Origin: an uncultured Pelagibacteraceae bacterium
GTDB taxonomy: Bacteria > Pseudomonadota > Alphaproteobacteria > Pelagibacterales > Pelagibacteraceae
DNA length: 64,000 nucleotides
Assembly: GCA_902565385.1 (NCBI GenBank)
Contig: CACFEW010000001.1
Location: 64,361-128,360, forward strand
Direction: 5' to 3'
Shown: positions 21,666-29,274 of the stretch, one piece after another
Numbering within the stretch: position 1 is the stretch's first letter
Layout of the letters: each line of letters begins with the position of its first letter
Position numbers and translations under genes: made by a program
The notes under the pieces: generated by a model
What the model was told of the DNA's origin: nothing
Databases searched by the model: none
The model's input: only the letters and a program-made list of their open reading frames with translations

Positions 21666-22441
21666 TGATTATTTCCTCGTGGAATGTAAATTCTGTGCGA
21701 GCACGTATTGAAAATATCAAAAGTTATCTACTAAAATACAAACCTGATGTTGTGATGATGCAAGAAATTAAAACTGAGGATGTAAACTTTCCTTATGATG
21801 ATTTTTCCTCAATGGACTATGAAAGTCATGTATTTGGTCAAAAAAGTTACAATGGTGTTGCTATTATTTCAAAAGGAAAATTAAAAAATGTTAAAACAGA
21901 CTTAATCAAAGATAAACTAAAACAATCAAGAATAATCTCAGCTGAACTTGAATACAAAAAGAAAAATATTCAATTAATCAATATCTATACACCAAATGGT
22001 AATCCTGTTGATACTGAAAAATATGATTACAAAAAAAAATGGCTTGATGATTTAATTAAACAATTAAAAGCTTTAACCAAAAAAAATCAAAATATAATTC
22101 TTGGTGGTGATTTTAATATTATTCCTGCAGCTGAGGATGTCTATAATCCAAAAAGCTTCGAAGACGATGCTCTATTTAGATTAGAAATAAGAAAAAAATT
22201 AAGAGAAATGATTAATCTAGGTTTTAACGATGTTTATAGACATTTTAATGAAACTAAAGAAGGATATACTTTTTGGGATTACATGAGGGGTGCATGGCAG
22301 AAAAATAATGGAATGAGAATAGATCATTTTTTAGTATCTAATTCTTTAATAGACCAAGTTAAAGCTATTAATATTAATAAAGATCCAAGAGGCCGTGAAA
22401 AACCATCAGACCATACTCCAATAGAAATTACTTTAGCTTAA
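21665..22441 (+). CDS. xth: exodeoxyribonuclease III
   Basis: SWNVNS, QEIK, GDFN, RIDH, SDH motifs; ATG at 21665 coupled to erpA stop (TAATG). Confidence 0.95.
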   Translation: MIISSWNVNSVRARIENIKSYLLKYKPDVVMMQEIKTEDVNFPYDDFSSMDYESHVFGQKSYNGVAIISKGKLKNVKTDLIKDKLKQSRIISAELEYKKKNIQLINIYTPNGNPVDTEKYDYKKKWLDDLIKQLKALTKKNQNIILGGDFNIIPAAEDVYNPKSFEDDALFRLEIRKKLREMINLGFNDVYRHFNETKEGYTFWDYMRGAWQKNNGMRIDHFLVSNSLIDQVKAININKDPRGREKPSDHTPIEITLA

Positions 22442-23431
22442 AGATTTTATTTTATTAACCAGCTCTTCATTAATATTTCGAGGGCCCTTATCTAATCTAT
22501 TTTTATGTCTTCTCTCTCCTGGAAGTCTAACTCCATCAAATGTTTTCATTTTATTAAAAAATTCATCAGCATGTTTTTGCCAATCAGTTCCTGAAGTTTT
22601 GTCAGGTGAAATTGCAAGAATAAATTCTCCACCACTAGGAGGTCCGCCGTCATTATTATCTTTTGCAGCTGTCTCAAAACTAAAATTATCACCAACTAAT
22701 GCGCCAGCCATTAATTCTACCATCATTGCTATGGCAGAACCTTTATATCCCCCAAAAGGAAGTAATACACCTCCATCCGCTATTGCTCCAGGGTCAGTTG
22801 TTTCTTTACCATCCTTAGTTAAACCAGTTCCAAGTGGAACTTTATGCCCTTCTCTTTTAGCAACTTGAACTTCACCCATGGCCATTGATGCAGTTGCCAT
22901 ATCGTAAACTACAGGAGTTTTTCCTGGACGTGGCCAGGCAAAAGAAATTGGATTTGTTCCAAACAATGGTTTGATAGCTCCAGCGGGTGCTACAGCAGGC
23001 TTGTATGATGTGCAAGCAAAGGCAACTAAACCTTCCTTTGCTAATTTTTCTGTTTCAGGCCACATCGCAGCCATATGATGAGAATTATTTATAGCAAGTA
23101 CAGCCACACCATTTTCTTTTGCAGCTTTTGCTAATTCAGGTAACCCTTTATTTAAAACTACAGGGGCTAAACAATTATTCCCTTGAACTTTTATCACTGA
23201 TGCTGAAATTTTTTTTACCTCAGGTTTTCCTTTACCATTAATTTTTCCGCTTTTTAAACCACTCACATATGCAGGTAACCTAAACAAGCCATGAGATAAA
23301 GATCCATCTCTTTCAGCATTTCTTATTAAATCAGAAAGGATAGATGCTGTTTCATCATCACAGCCATTAGCTAGTAAAGTCTTTTTAGCTAAATCAAAAA
23401 TTTCATCTAATGTAAGGGAAACTGTACTCAT
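22433..23431 (-). CDS. Ldh_2 family NAD(P)-dependent oxidoreductase, DpkA/ComC-like
   Basis: SHGLFRL, NSHHMAAMWPE, FGTNPI, DMAT, GGYKG, RLPG motifs. Confidence 0.85.
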   Translation of the reverse strand: MSTVSLTLDEIFDLAKKTLLANGCDDETASILSDLIRNAERDGSLSHGLFRLPAYVSGLKSGKINGKGKPEVKKISASVIKVQGNNCLAPVVLNKGLPELAKAAKENGVAVLAINNSHHMAAMWPETEKLAKEGLVAFACTSYKPAVAPAGAIKPLFGTNPISFAWPRPGKTPVVYDMATASMAMGEVQVAKREGHKVPLGTGLTKDGKETTDPGAIADGGVLLPFGGYKGSAIAMMVELMAGALVGDNFSFETAAKDNNDGGPPSGGEFILAISPDKTSGTDWQKHADEFFNKMKTFDGVRLPGERRHKNRLDKGPRNINEELVNKIKSLS

Positions 23432-23473
23432 CCCAATATTAGATATTATTAATGGTTAAAGATCAATTTTTAT

Positions 23474-24526
23474 TTAACAACCTTTAAAAGATTTAGACAT
23501 ATTCCCAATTAAATCGAAGTATAAATCTTTGCCAGGGTTAAGAGTAGCTCCTAATGGATCGATAACCCCTGTTGCAACATTAGTATCTTTTGCTACAGCT
23601 TTAATGATATCAGGATTAAATTGAGGCTCTGAAAATATACAGCTTACTTTATCATGCTCAATTACTTCTCTAATTTCAGCTAATTGCTCAGCACCAGGCA
23701 TTACGTCTGTATTAACTGTAAATGCACCTAAAACATTAATGTCAAACCTTTTTTCAAAGTATTGATAAGCATCATGAAAAACTATCGATTTAAAATCTTT
23801 ATTTAATTCTGATTTTACTTTTTTAGTAAGCTTATCTAAATCTTTATGACCTTTTTTTAAATTTGCCTTATATTTAGCCTCATTTTTTGAGTCATTCTCA
23901 ATTAAATGCTCTGCCATTTCGCTTAAAATTACTTTTGCATTCATTGGATCTAACCAAATATGGGGATCATGTTCACCATGTGCATGTCCTTCATGACCAT
24001 GTTCATCGTGACCATCTTCTTTATGCTCATCGTCATGTCCGTGCTCATCATGACCATGTTCTTTCTCTTTTTTATCATGATCGTGGTCATCATGATCGTC
24101 CTCTTTCTTTGCATGATCATCTTGATCATCTTCTTTATGTCCATGGTCGTGTTCCTCGAAAATATTTCTCTCTCTAAATTTAAGTTTTGTTAACCCTTTA
24201 ATTTCCATTAATTCAATTTTTTCAGCTTTTTTGGCAATCGATTTTAGTGGTTTTTCTAAAAAATTTTCCAAGTCCTCACCAACCCAAAATACTAAATCAG
24301 CCTCTTGCAACATTTTCGCATGCGTTGGCTTAAGTGCAAATCCGTGAGGAGAAGCATAACCGTCCACTATTAAATCTGGTTTTGCCACCCCATCCATTAA
24401 ATAACTAGCTAGTGAATGAATTGGTTTTATTGATGTAACTACTTTAATTTCTGCATTTGCAGGTACAAAAATAGTTAAGAATGATAATATTGTTAAGATA
24501 AATGGTAATTTTTTTATGTTTTTCAT
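23474..24526 (-). CDS. znuA: zinc ABC transporter substrate-binding protein with long His/Asp-rich loop
   Basis: SPH, DPHIWLDP, FHDAYQYF; divergent from znuCB-zur. Confidence 0.95.
   Translation of the reverse strand: MKNIKKLPFILTILSFLTIFVPANAEIKVVTSIKPIHSLASYLMDGVAKPDLIVDGYASPHGFALKPTHAKMLQEADLVFWVGEDLENFLEKPLKSIAKKAEKIELMEIKGLTKLKFRERNIFEEHDHGHKEDDQDDHAKKEDDHDDHDHDKKEKEHGHDEHGHDDEHKEDGHDEHGHEGHAHGEHDPHIWLDPMNAKVILSEMAEHLIENDSKNEAKYKANLKKGHKDLDKLTKKVKSELNKDFKSIVFHDAYQYFEKRFDINVLGAFTVNTDVMPGAEQLAEIREVIEHDKVSCIFSEPQFNPDIIKAVAKDTNVATGVIDPLGATLNPGKDLYFDLIGNMSKSFKGC
23960..24152 (-). repeat. low-complexity coding repeat (HDEHGH/DDHD-like units) in znuA
   Basis: HDHGHKEDDQDDHAKKEDDHDDHDHDKKEKEHGHDEHGHDDEHKEDGHDEHGHEGHAHGEH. 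Confidence 0.8.
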
Positions 24527-24540
24527 ATGTTGTATAATTT

Positions 24541-24579
24541 AAATGTTATAATATAACACTATGTAATAATATAACATTT
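24541..24579. promoter_or_regulatory. tandem Zur boxes in the znuA/znuC divergent promoter
   Basis: TGTTATAATATAACA (24544-24558, perfect 7-1-7 palindrome) and TGTAATAATATAACA (24562-24576); match the proteobacterial Zur consensus TGTTATANTATAACA. Confidence 0.9.
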
Positions 24580-24596
24580 ATAAGTCAAGGAATAAT

Positions 24597-25343
24597 ATGA
24601 GCTCAAATCAGAATATACTTGTGAAGTTAAATGGAGCTGGTTTTAGTTTAAATAATAAGTGGCTTGTCAAAGGAGTATCACTACAAGTTGAAAAAGGGAA
24701 AATAGTTACTCTAATTGGTCCTAATGGATCAGGTAAAAGTACAACAGCTAAGATTGCACTAGGTATTTATAAAAAGATTGATGGTTCTGTAGAAAAATAC
24801 ACTAGTAAAGTTGGATACGTGCCGCAAAAAATCTCAATTGATTGGACACTACCACTAAGAGTAAACGATTTCATGGTATTAACTGAAAGTATTAGTAATG
24901 AATTAATTGATGAGGCCTTGTCTTTAACTGGTGTTATTCATCTAAAAGATAAAAATTTAGGTGATTTGTCTGGCGGAGAGTTTCAAAGAGTATTACTTGC
25001 AAGAGCCATTTCAAAGAAGCCTGAGTTATTAGTACTCGATGAACCTGTCCAAGGTGTAGATTTTACTGGTGAAATTGCTTTATACGAATTAATTAAAAAA
25101 ATTTCTGATGAATTAAATTGTGGTATTTTATTAATATCTCACGACTTACATACCGTAATGAGTGCAACAGATCATGTTGTTTGTTTGAATGGTCATGTCT
25201 GTTGTTCAGGATCACCAATGGATGTAGCGAAAAATAATGAATACAAAGCTTTGTTTGGTGAACAGGCTTCTCAAATTTTATCTAGATATGAGCATAGACA
25301 TGATCATGTTCATACAAGTGAAGGTGAAATAAAGAAAAATTAA
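24597..25343 (+). CDS. znuC: zinc ABC transporter ATPase
   Basis: GPNGSGKS, LSGGEFQR, HVCCSG, C-terminal HRHDHVH. Confidence 0.95.
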   Translation: MSSNQNILVKLNGAGFSLNNKWLVKGVSLQVEKGKIVTLIGPNGSGKSTTAKIALGIYKKIDGSVEKYTSKVGYVPQKISIDWTLPLRVNDFMVLTESISNELIDEALSLTGVIHLKDKNLGDLSGGEFQRVLLARAISKKPELLVLDEPVQGVDFTGEIALYELIKKISDELNCGILLISHDLHTVMSATDHVVCLNGHVCCSGSPMDVAKNNEYKALFGEQASQILSRYEHRHDHVHTSEGEIKKN

Positions 25344-26147
25344 ATGTTAGATGATTTTTTTATTAGAGCTTTAATAGCAGGTATTGGAGTTGCCATAGTT
25401 ACTGGACCTCTTGGATGTTTTGTTGTTTGGAGAAGATTATCCTATTTTGGAGATACTTTAGCCCACTCTGCATTACTTGGAGTAACACTAGCTTACTCAA
25501 TGGAATTCAATATAGCATTCTCAGTATTTATTATTTCGTCTTTAATAGCTTTAACTTTAATACAACTTCAAAAAAGGACTAATCTTCCGGGTGATGCTTT
25601 GCTTGGTCTTTTAGCTCACTCATCACTCGCAATAGGTCTTGTGGTCATTGGTTTTTTATCATTTATCAGATTTGATATTATGGGATTATTATTTGGAGAT
25701 ATATTAGCTGTTACAGTTGATGATCTATTGATAATATGGATTGGAGGAGCATTAATCCTCTTAGTTCTAAAATTAATTTGGAAACCTTTGTTTGCATCAA
25801 CAGTTAATTATGAATTGGCTGAAGCAGAAGGTTTAAATCCTGATCGTGCAAAAGCTATTTTTACTATTCTGATGGCAGCGATTATTGCTATTTCAATAAA
25901 GATGGTTGGTTTATTATTAATTACAGGAATGTTAATCATACCAGCTGCAATGGCTAGAAATATCTCTTCAAGCCCTCAGAAAATGGTAATGTATTCAATT
26001 ATAGGTGGATTGTTGTCTGTGATTTTGGGATTATTTTCTTCACTTGAATTTAATACTGCATCTGGACCTTCAATTATAGCAGCATCTTTATTGCTATTTA
26101 TTTTATCATTATTAAACATTAAACAATCGATTAAATTGAAAAATTAA
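25344..26147 (+). CDS. znuB: zinc ABC transporter permease
   Basis: GCFVVWRRLSYFGDTLAHSALLG. Confidence 0.95.
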   Translation: MLDDFFIRALIAGIGVAIVTGPLGCFVVWRRLSYFGDTLAHSALLGVTLAYSMEFNIAFSVFIISSLIALTLIQLQKRTNLPGDALLGLLAHSSLAIGLVVIGFLSFIRFDIMGLLFGDILAVTVDDLLIIWIGGALILLVLKLIWKPLFASTVNYELAEAEGLNPDRAKAIFTILMAAIIAISIKMVGLLLITGMLIIPAAMARNISSSPQKMVMYSIIGGLLSVILGLFSSLEFNTASGPSIIAASLLLFILSLLNIKQSIKLKN

Positions 26148-26171
26148 TGAGGAATCGGTAAACTAAACAAA

Positions 26172-26561
26172 ATGCATACTCTTTCAAAAAATCAGCGAAT
26201 TATTTTCGATATAATTGATAAATCACCTGAACCAATGAAAGCCTATTCAATTCTTTTTAATGTTCAAAAAAAAGGAATTAAAGCTCCTCTACAAGTTTAT
26301 AGAGCATTAGATAAGTTAGTTGAAATTGGAAAAATTCATAAAATTGAAAGTAGAAACGCTTTTATTGCATGTCAAAATTCGAGTTGTCAGGTGTCAAAAG
26401 CTACAGCTTTTTCTATATGTGAAAGTTGTGAAAAAGTAACAGAGATTAATAATTCTAGTCTCTCAAAATATCTATCAAATTTTAAAGATAAAGCTGGTAT
26501 GAAATATAGTAAATATAATCTTGAATTTTTTGGTTTATGCAAAAAATGTATAACCAAATAA
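26172..26561 (+). CDS. zur: zinc uptake regulator (Fur family)
   Basis: VYRALDKL, HKIESRNAFIAC, CESC and CKKC; next to znu genes and Zur boxes. Confidence 0.88.
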   Translation: MHTLSKNQRIIFDIIDKSPEPMKAYSILFNVQKKGIKAPLQVYRALDKLVEIGKIHKIESRNAFIACQNSSCQVSKATAFSICESCEKVTEINNSSLSKYLSNFKDKAGMKYSKYNLEFFGLCKKCITK

Positions 26562-26574
26562 ATTTGAATTATTA

Positions 26575-26913
26575 ATGATATTTTTTACTTTAAAGATCAT
26601 ACTCGCAGCAATAATAATAGCATTCGCCAGTTGGCTTTCAGGACAAAATCCAAAACTTGCAGGTTTTATTATCGCCTTACCTCTTGTATCACTCATAGCT
26701 ATAGCTTTTTCCTACTATGAACATAATGATATAGAAAAAACAATTCTTTTTACTAAGAGCATACTAGTAGCGGTACCTGTGAGTTATTTATTTTTTTTAC
26801 CCTTCTTTTTTGCAAAATCATTTAATATGAATTTCTTCCTAATTTATGGCACAGGCTTAGGATTTTTAATTGTTGGTTTCTTTATTCATAAATATATAAC
26901 AAATTTTCTCTAA
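26575..26913 (+). CDS. small 4-TM membrane protein (DUF3147-like)
   Basis: Four hydrophobic segments; LAGFIIALPLVS motif; family assignment from recall. Confidence 0.6.
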   Translation: MIFFTLKIILAAIIIAFASWLSGQNPKLAGFIIALPLVSLIAIAFSYYEHNDIEKTILFTKSILVAVPVSYLFFLPFFFAKSFNMNFFLIYGTGLGFLIVGFFIHKYITNFL

Positions 26914-26923
26914 TACTGTTACA

Positions 26924-26952
26924 TCTTAATAAATTTGTAACATTAATGTAAT
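26924..26952 (+). promoter_or_regulatory. Pho-box-like 11-bp direct repeats upstream of the arsenic operon
   Basis: TCTTAAT-AAAT-TTGTAAC-ATTA-ATGTAAT followed by AAGGAG RBS; same layout as upstream of pstS. Confidence 0.6.
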
Positions 26953-26973
26953 AATTAATAAGAAGGAGAAAAT

Positions 26974-27195
26974 ATGTTTATAAAAAAATATCTAAAGTGG
27001 ATTAGTACGTTTTTAGTTTTAGTAGGAATACTTCTTACAAATTTAAATATATATCCATTAAATATATATTTTCATGGATTAGGAGTTGTTGGATGGACTA
27101 TAGCTGGATTTATGAGCAAAGATAAAGCAATCCTAACAAACTTTGGATTACAAATTCCATTATTTGTTATTGGAATTTATAAGATTATTTTTTAA
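26974..27195 (+). CDS. small 3-TM membrane protein (DUF6552-like)
   Basis: AGGAG RBS; 73 aa, LKW...NIYPLN...GW; directly abuts arsC. Confidence 0.7.
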   Translation: MFIKKYLKWISTFLVLVGILLTNLNIYPLNIYFHGLGVVGWTIAGFMSKDKAILTNFGLQIPLFVIGIYKIIF

Positions 27196-27627
27196 ATGAA
27201 GAATATATTGTTTGTTTGCACAGGTAATTCAGCAAGAAGTATTATTGCTGAAAGTATAATAAATAACGAGTATGACGATATGTATAAAGGTTTTAGTGCT
27301 GGGAGTAATCCAACAGGAAAAATTAATGAAGATGTGAAGAATTATTTATTATCAAAACATTATGATCTTTCAAATTATAGATCTAAAAATTTTAATACGT
27401 TCGTTGATAGTCAAATTAAAATGGATTATGTGATTACAGTTTGTAATAATGCCAATAACGAAGTCTGTCCTATTTGGCCAAATAAAGATCAGATAATTCA
27501 TTGGGACATAGAGGATCCTGTTAAATTACTTAATGAAACAAACGACTTAAATAAAAAAGATGAAATAATAGAAAAAGTTTACAATAATATTCATAAAAGA
27601 ATAAAGGAACTGCTTTATGAAAAATAA
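27196..27627 (+). CDS. arsC: arsenate reductase, thioredoxin-coupled LMW-PTPase family
   Basis: P-loop CTGNSARS, resolving Cys pair TVCNNANNEVCP, HWDIEDP. Confidence 0.88.
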   Translation: MKNILFVCTGNSARSIIAESIINNEYDDMYKGFSAGSNPTGKINEDVKNYLLSKHYDLSNYRSKNFNTFVDSQIKMDYVITVCNNANNEVCPIWPNKDQIIHWDIEDPVKLLNETNDLNKKDEIIEKVYNNIHKRIKELLYEK

Positions 27628-28276
27628 AAGTCGCTATTTTCTTGCTGAACTATTAGGAAGTTGTTTTTTAGTAATGATTATTGTTGGTTCAGGTTTAATG
27701 GCTGAAAACTTAACTAATGATGTTGCTGTGATGTTAATAGCTAATACTATAGCAACAGGAGCAGGTTTATTTGTGCTTATCACGGTTTTTGCTGATGTAT
27801 CAGGAGCTCATTTTAATCCATTTGTAAGTATCGCAATGGCAATAACAGGCAAATTAAAAAGGAAACTATTACCCTACTATATCATTGCTCAATTGGTTGG
27901 TTGCTTAATTGGTGTTGGTTTAGCTAATTTCTTTTTTGAACATGAAATTTATGAATTATCTACTAAATCAAGAGATGGAATTTACATATTCACATCTGAG
28001 GTAATAGCAACATTAGGACTAATAATAATAATTTTTGGGTCTATGAAGTCAGGCAAAATTGCTGTTGCTGCTAGTGTTGGTCTTTATATTACTGCTGGTT
28101 ATTGGTTTACTTCTTCAACTTCATTTGCTAATCCAGCTGTTGCTATTGCTAGAACATTTACAGAGTCGTTTACTGGTATTAGTTATTTAAATACTCCTTA
28201 TTATATTTTAGCTGAGCTTATTGGAATGTTAATTGCTGTATTTATTGTTAAAAAGTTATTTTTAGAGAAAAATTGA
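27617..28276 (+). CDS. MIP family channel, AqpS-like arsenite aquaglyceroporin
   Basis: SGAHFNPF and FTSSTSFANPA motifs; overlaps arsC. Confidence 0.88.
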   Translation: MKNKSRYFLAELLGSCFLVMIIVGSGLMAENLTNDVAVMLIANTIATGAGLFVLITVFADVSGAHFNPFVSIAMAITGKLKRKLLPYYIIAQLVGCLIGVGLANFFFEHEIYELSTKSRDGIYIFTSEVIATLGLIIIIFGSMKSGKIAVAASVGLYITAGYWFTSSTSFANPAVAIARTFTESFTGISYLNTPYYILAELIGMLIAVFIVKKLFLEKN

Positions 28277-28764
28277 AAAATATAAAACTTACCAATCGAA
28301 TAAGTTTAATTAACAAAAAATTTAAGAAAAAAGAGTTTTATCATTATCTTAAAACTTCTAATCTTTCATTAGTAATACCTAAGCTTAAAGACAAATATAT
28401 AGTAGTATCTCAAAAAAGAGTTCCAATTAATAAAATTAATTACGAGTTTCCTTCTGGCATAGTGGAAAAAAAGGAAACAACTCTCCAATCAGCATATAAG
28501 GAATTAAGAGAAGAAACAGGATATAGATCAAGATCAAAATTGAGTAAAATAATAACTTTTTATAATGAACCTGGAAGACTAACTACTAAAATTACTGGTT
28601 ATTACACAGAAGACTTAATTAAAATTTCGAAACCAGAACAGGGTATTAGAATTCATCTTTTTAATCAAAGAGAGATATTTAAATTAATATTAAATCAAAA
28701 ATTCAATAATAGTTCTCATATAGCAATGTTTTTTTATTTAATAACAGTTCTTAAAAAACTATAA
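28273..28764 (+). CDS. NUDIX hydrolase
   Basis: Nudix box G-IVEKK-E-TTLQSAY-KELREETGY (K in place of R); TTG start overlapping upstream stop. Confidence 0.85.
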   Translation: MKNIKLTNRISLINKKFKKKEFYHYLKTSNLSLVIPKLKDKYIVVSQKRVPINKINYEFPSGIVEKKETTLQSAYKELREETGYRSRSKLSKIITFYNEPGRLTTKITGYYTEDLIKISKPEQGIRIHLFNQREIFKLILNQKFNNSSHIAMFFYLITVLKKL

Positions 28765-28843
28765 ACTAAAGGTTGTATCAAAATATCTTTTTTATTTAAG
28801 GATTATATGATTAAATCAAATATTAAATAATTCGGAGGCATTA

Positions 28844-29053
28844 ATGAGAAAAAAACTAAAAAAAAATGAAAAGAAAAAAACAAAGATATTAAAATCAATA
28901 GACAAACTTAAAAATAAAATTACAGCAAAAGAAAAAAAATTATCAAGCCTTAATATTAAAATTGCTGGTCTAGAAAAAAAGGTTGCAGAAAAAAAAGCAA
29001 AAAAGCTTGCTAAGAAAAATGCAGAGCAGTCTCCTGCATCTATAAATAATTAA
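28844..29053 (+). CDS. small lysine-rich coiled-coil protein, unknown function
   Basis: GGAGG RBS before ATG; 24 Lys in 69 aa with heptad Leu/Ile spacing. Confidence 0.7.
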   Translation: MRKKLKKNEKKKTKILKSIDKLKNKITAKEKKLSSLNIKIAGLEKKVAEKKAKKLAKKNAEQSPASINN

Positions 29054-29059
29054 TTCCAA

Positions 29060-29154
29060 ATCGTCTTTCTCCCTTCTCATTTAAGAGAAGGAAGAAAGTA
29101 GTTAATCAACAAAATTTAAACAGGGGAAGAAATAATGAATATTTAAACTTTGAT
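29060..29154 (-). ncRNA. candidate PhoB-dependent two-hairpin small RNA
   Basis: 13-bp stem (29110-29122/29140-29152) and 14-bp stem (29065-29078/29085-29098); all three mismatches are G-U only on the minus strand; loop UUCAUUAUUUCUUCCCC; Pho-type promoter upstream. Confidence 0.55.
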
Positions 29155-29159
29155 GGTGC

Positions 29160-29247
29160 TTTATACATAAACTAAATTACAAAATTATTTACTTATTGTT
29201 AAAGTTAAATGAATTTAAATTAAAATAATGTTACAAAAAAATATCAC
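29160..29247 (-). promoter_or_regulatory. two arrays of Pho-box-like repeats plus -10 element for the candidate sRNA
   Basis: GTGATAT-TTTT-TTGTAAC-ATTA-TTTTAAT (29247-29219); CTTTAAC-AATA-AGTAAAT-AATT-TTGTAAT (29204-29176), then 10 nt, then TATAAA (29165-29160). Confidence 0.55.
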
Positions 29248-29274
29248 TCAATTAAAAATAGAATTAAATTTAAT

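Noticed and set aside
23887-24193. His-rich and Met-rich short ORFs overlapping znuA
   Set aside because: Frame by-products of the low-complexity His/Asp loop of ZnuA.
29123-29146. Plus-strand RBS + mini-ORF (GGGGAAG...ATG AAT ATT TAA)
   Set aside because: Only three codons; the G-U pattern and promoter both favour the minus strand. Not fully excluded.
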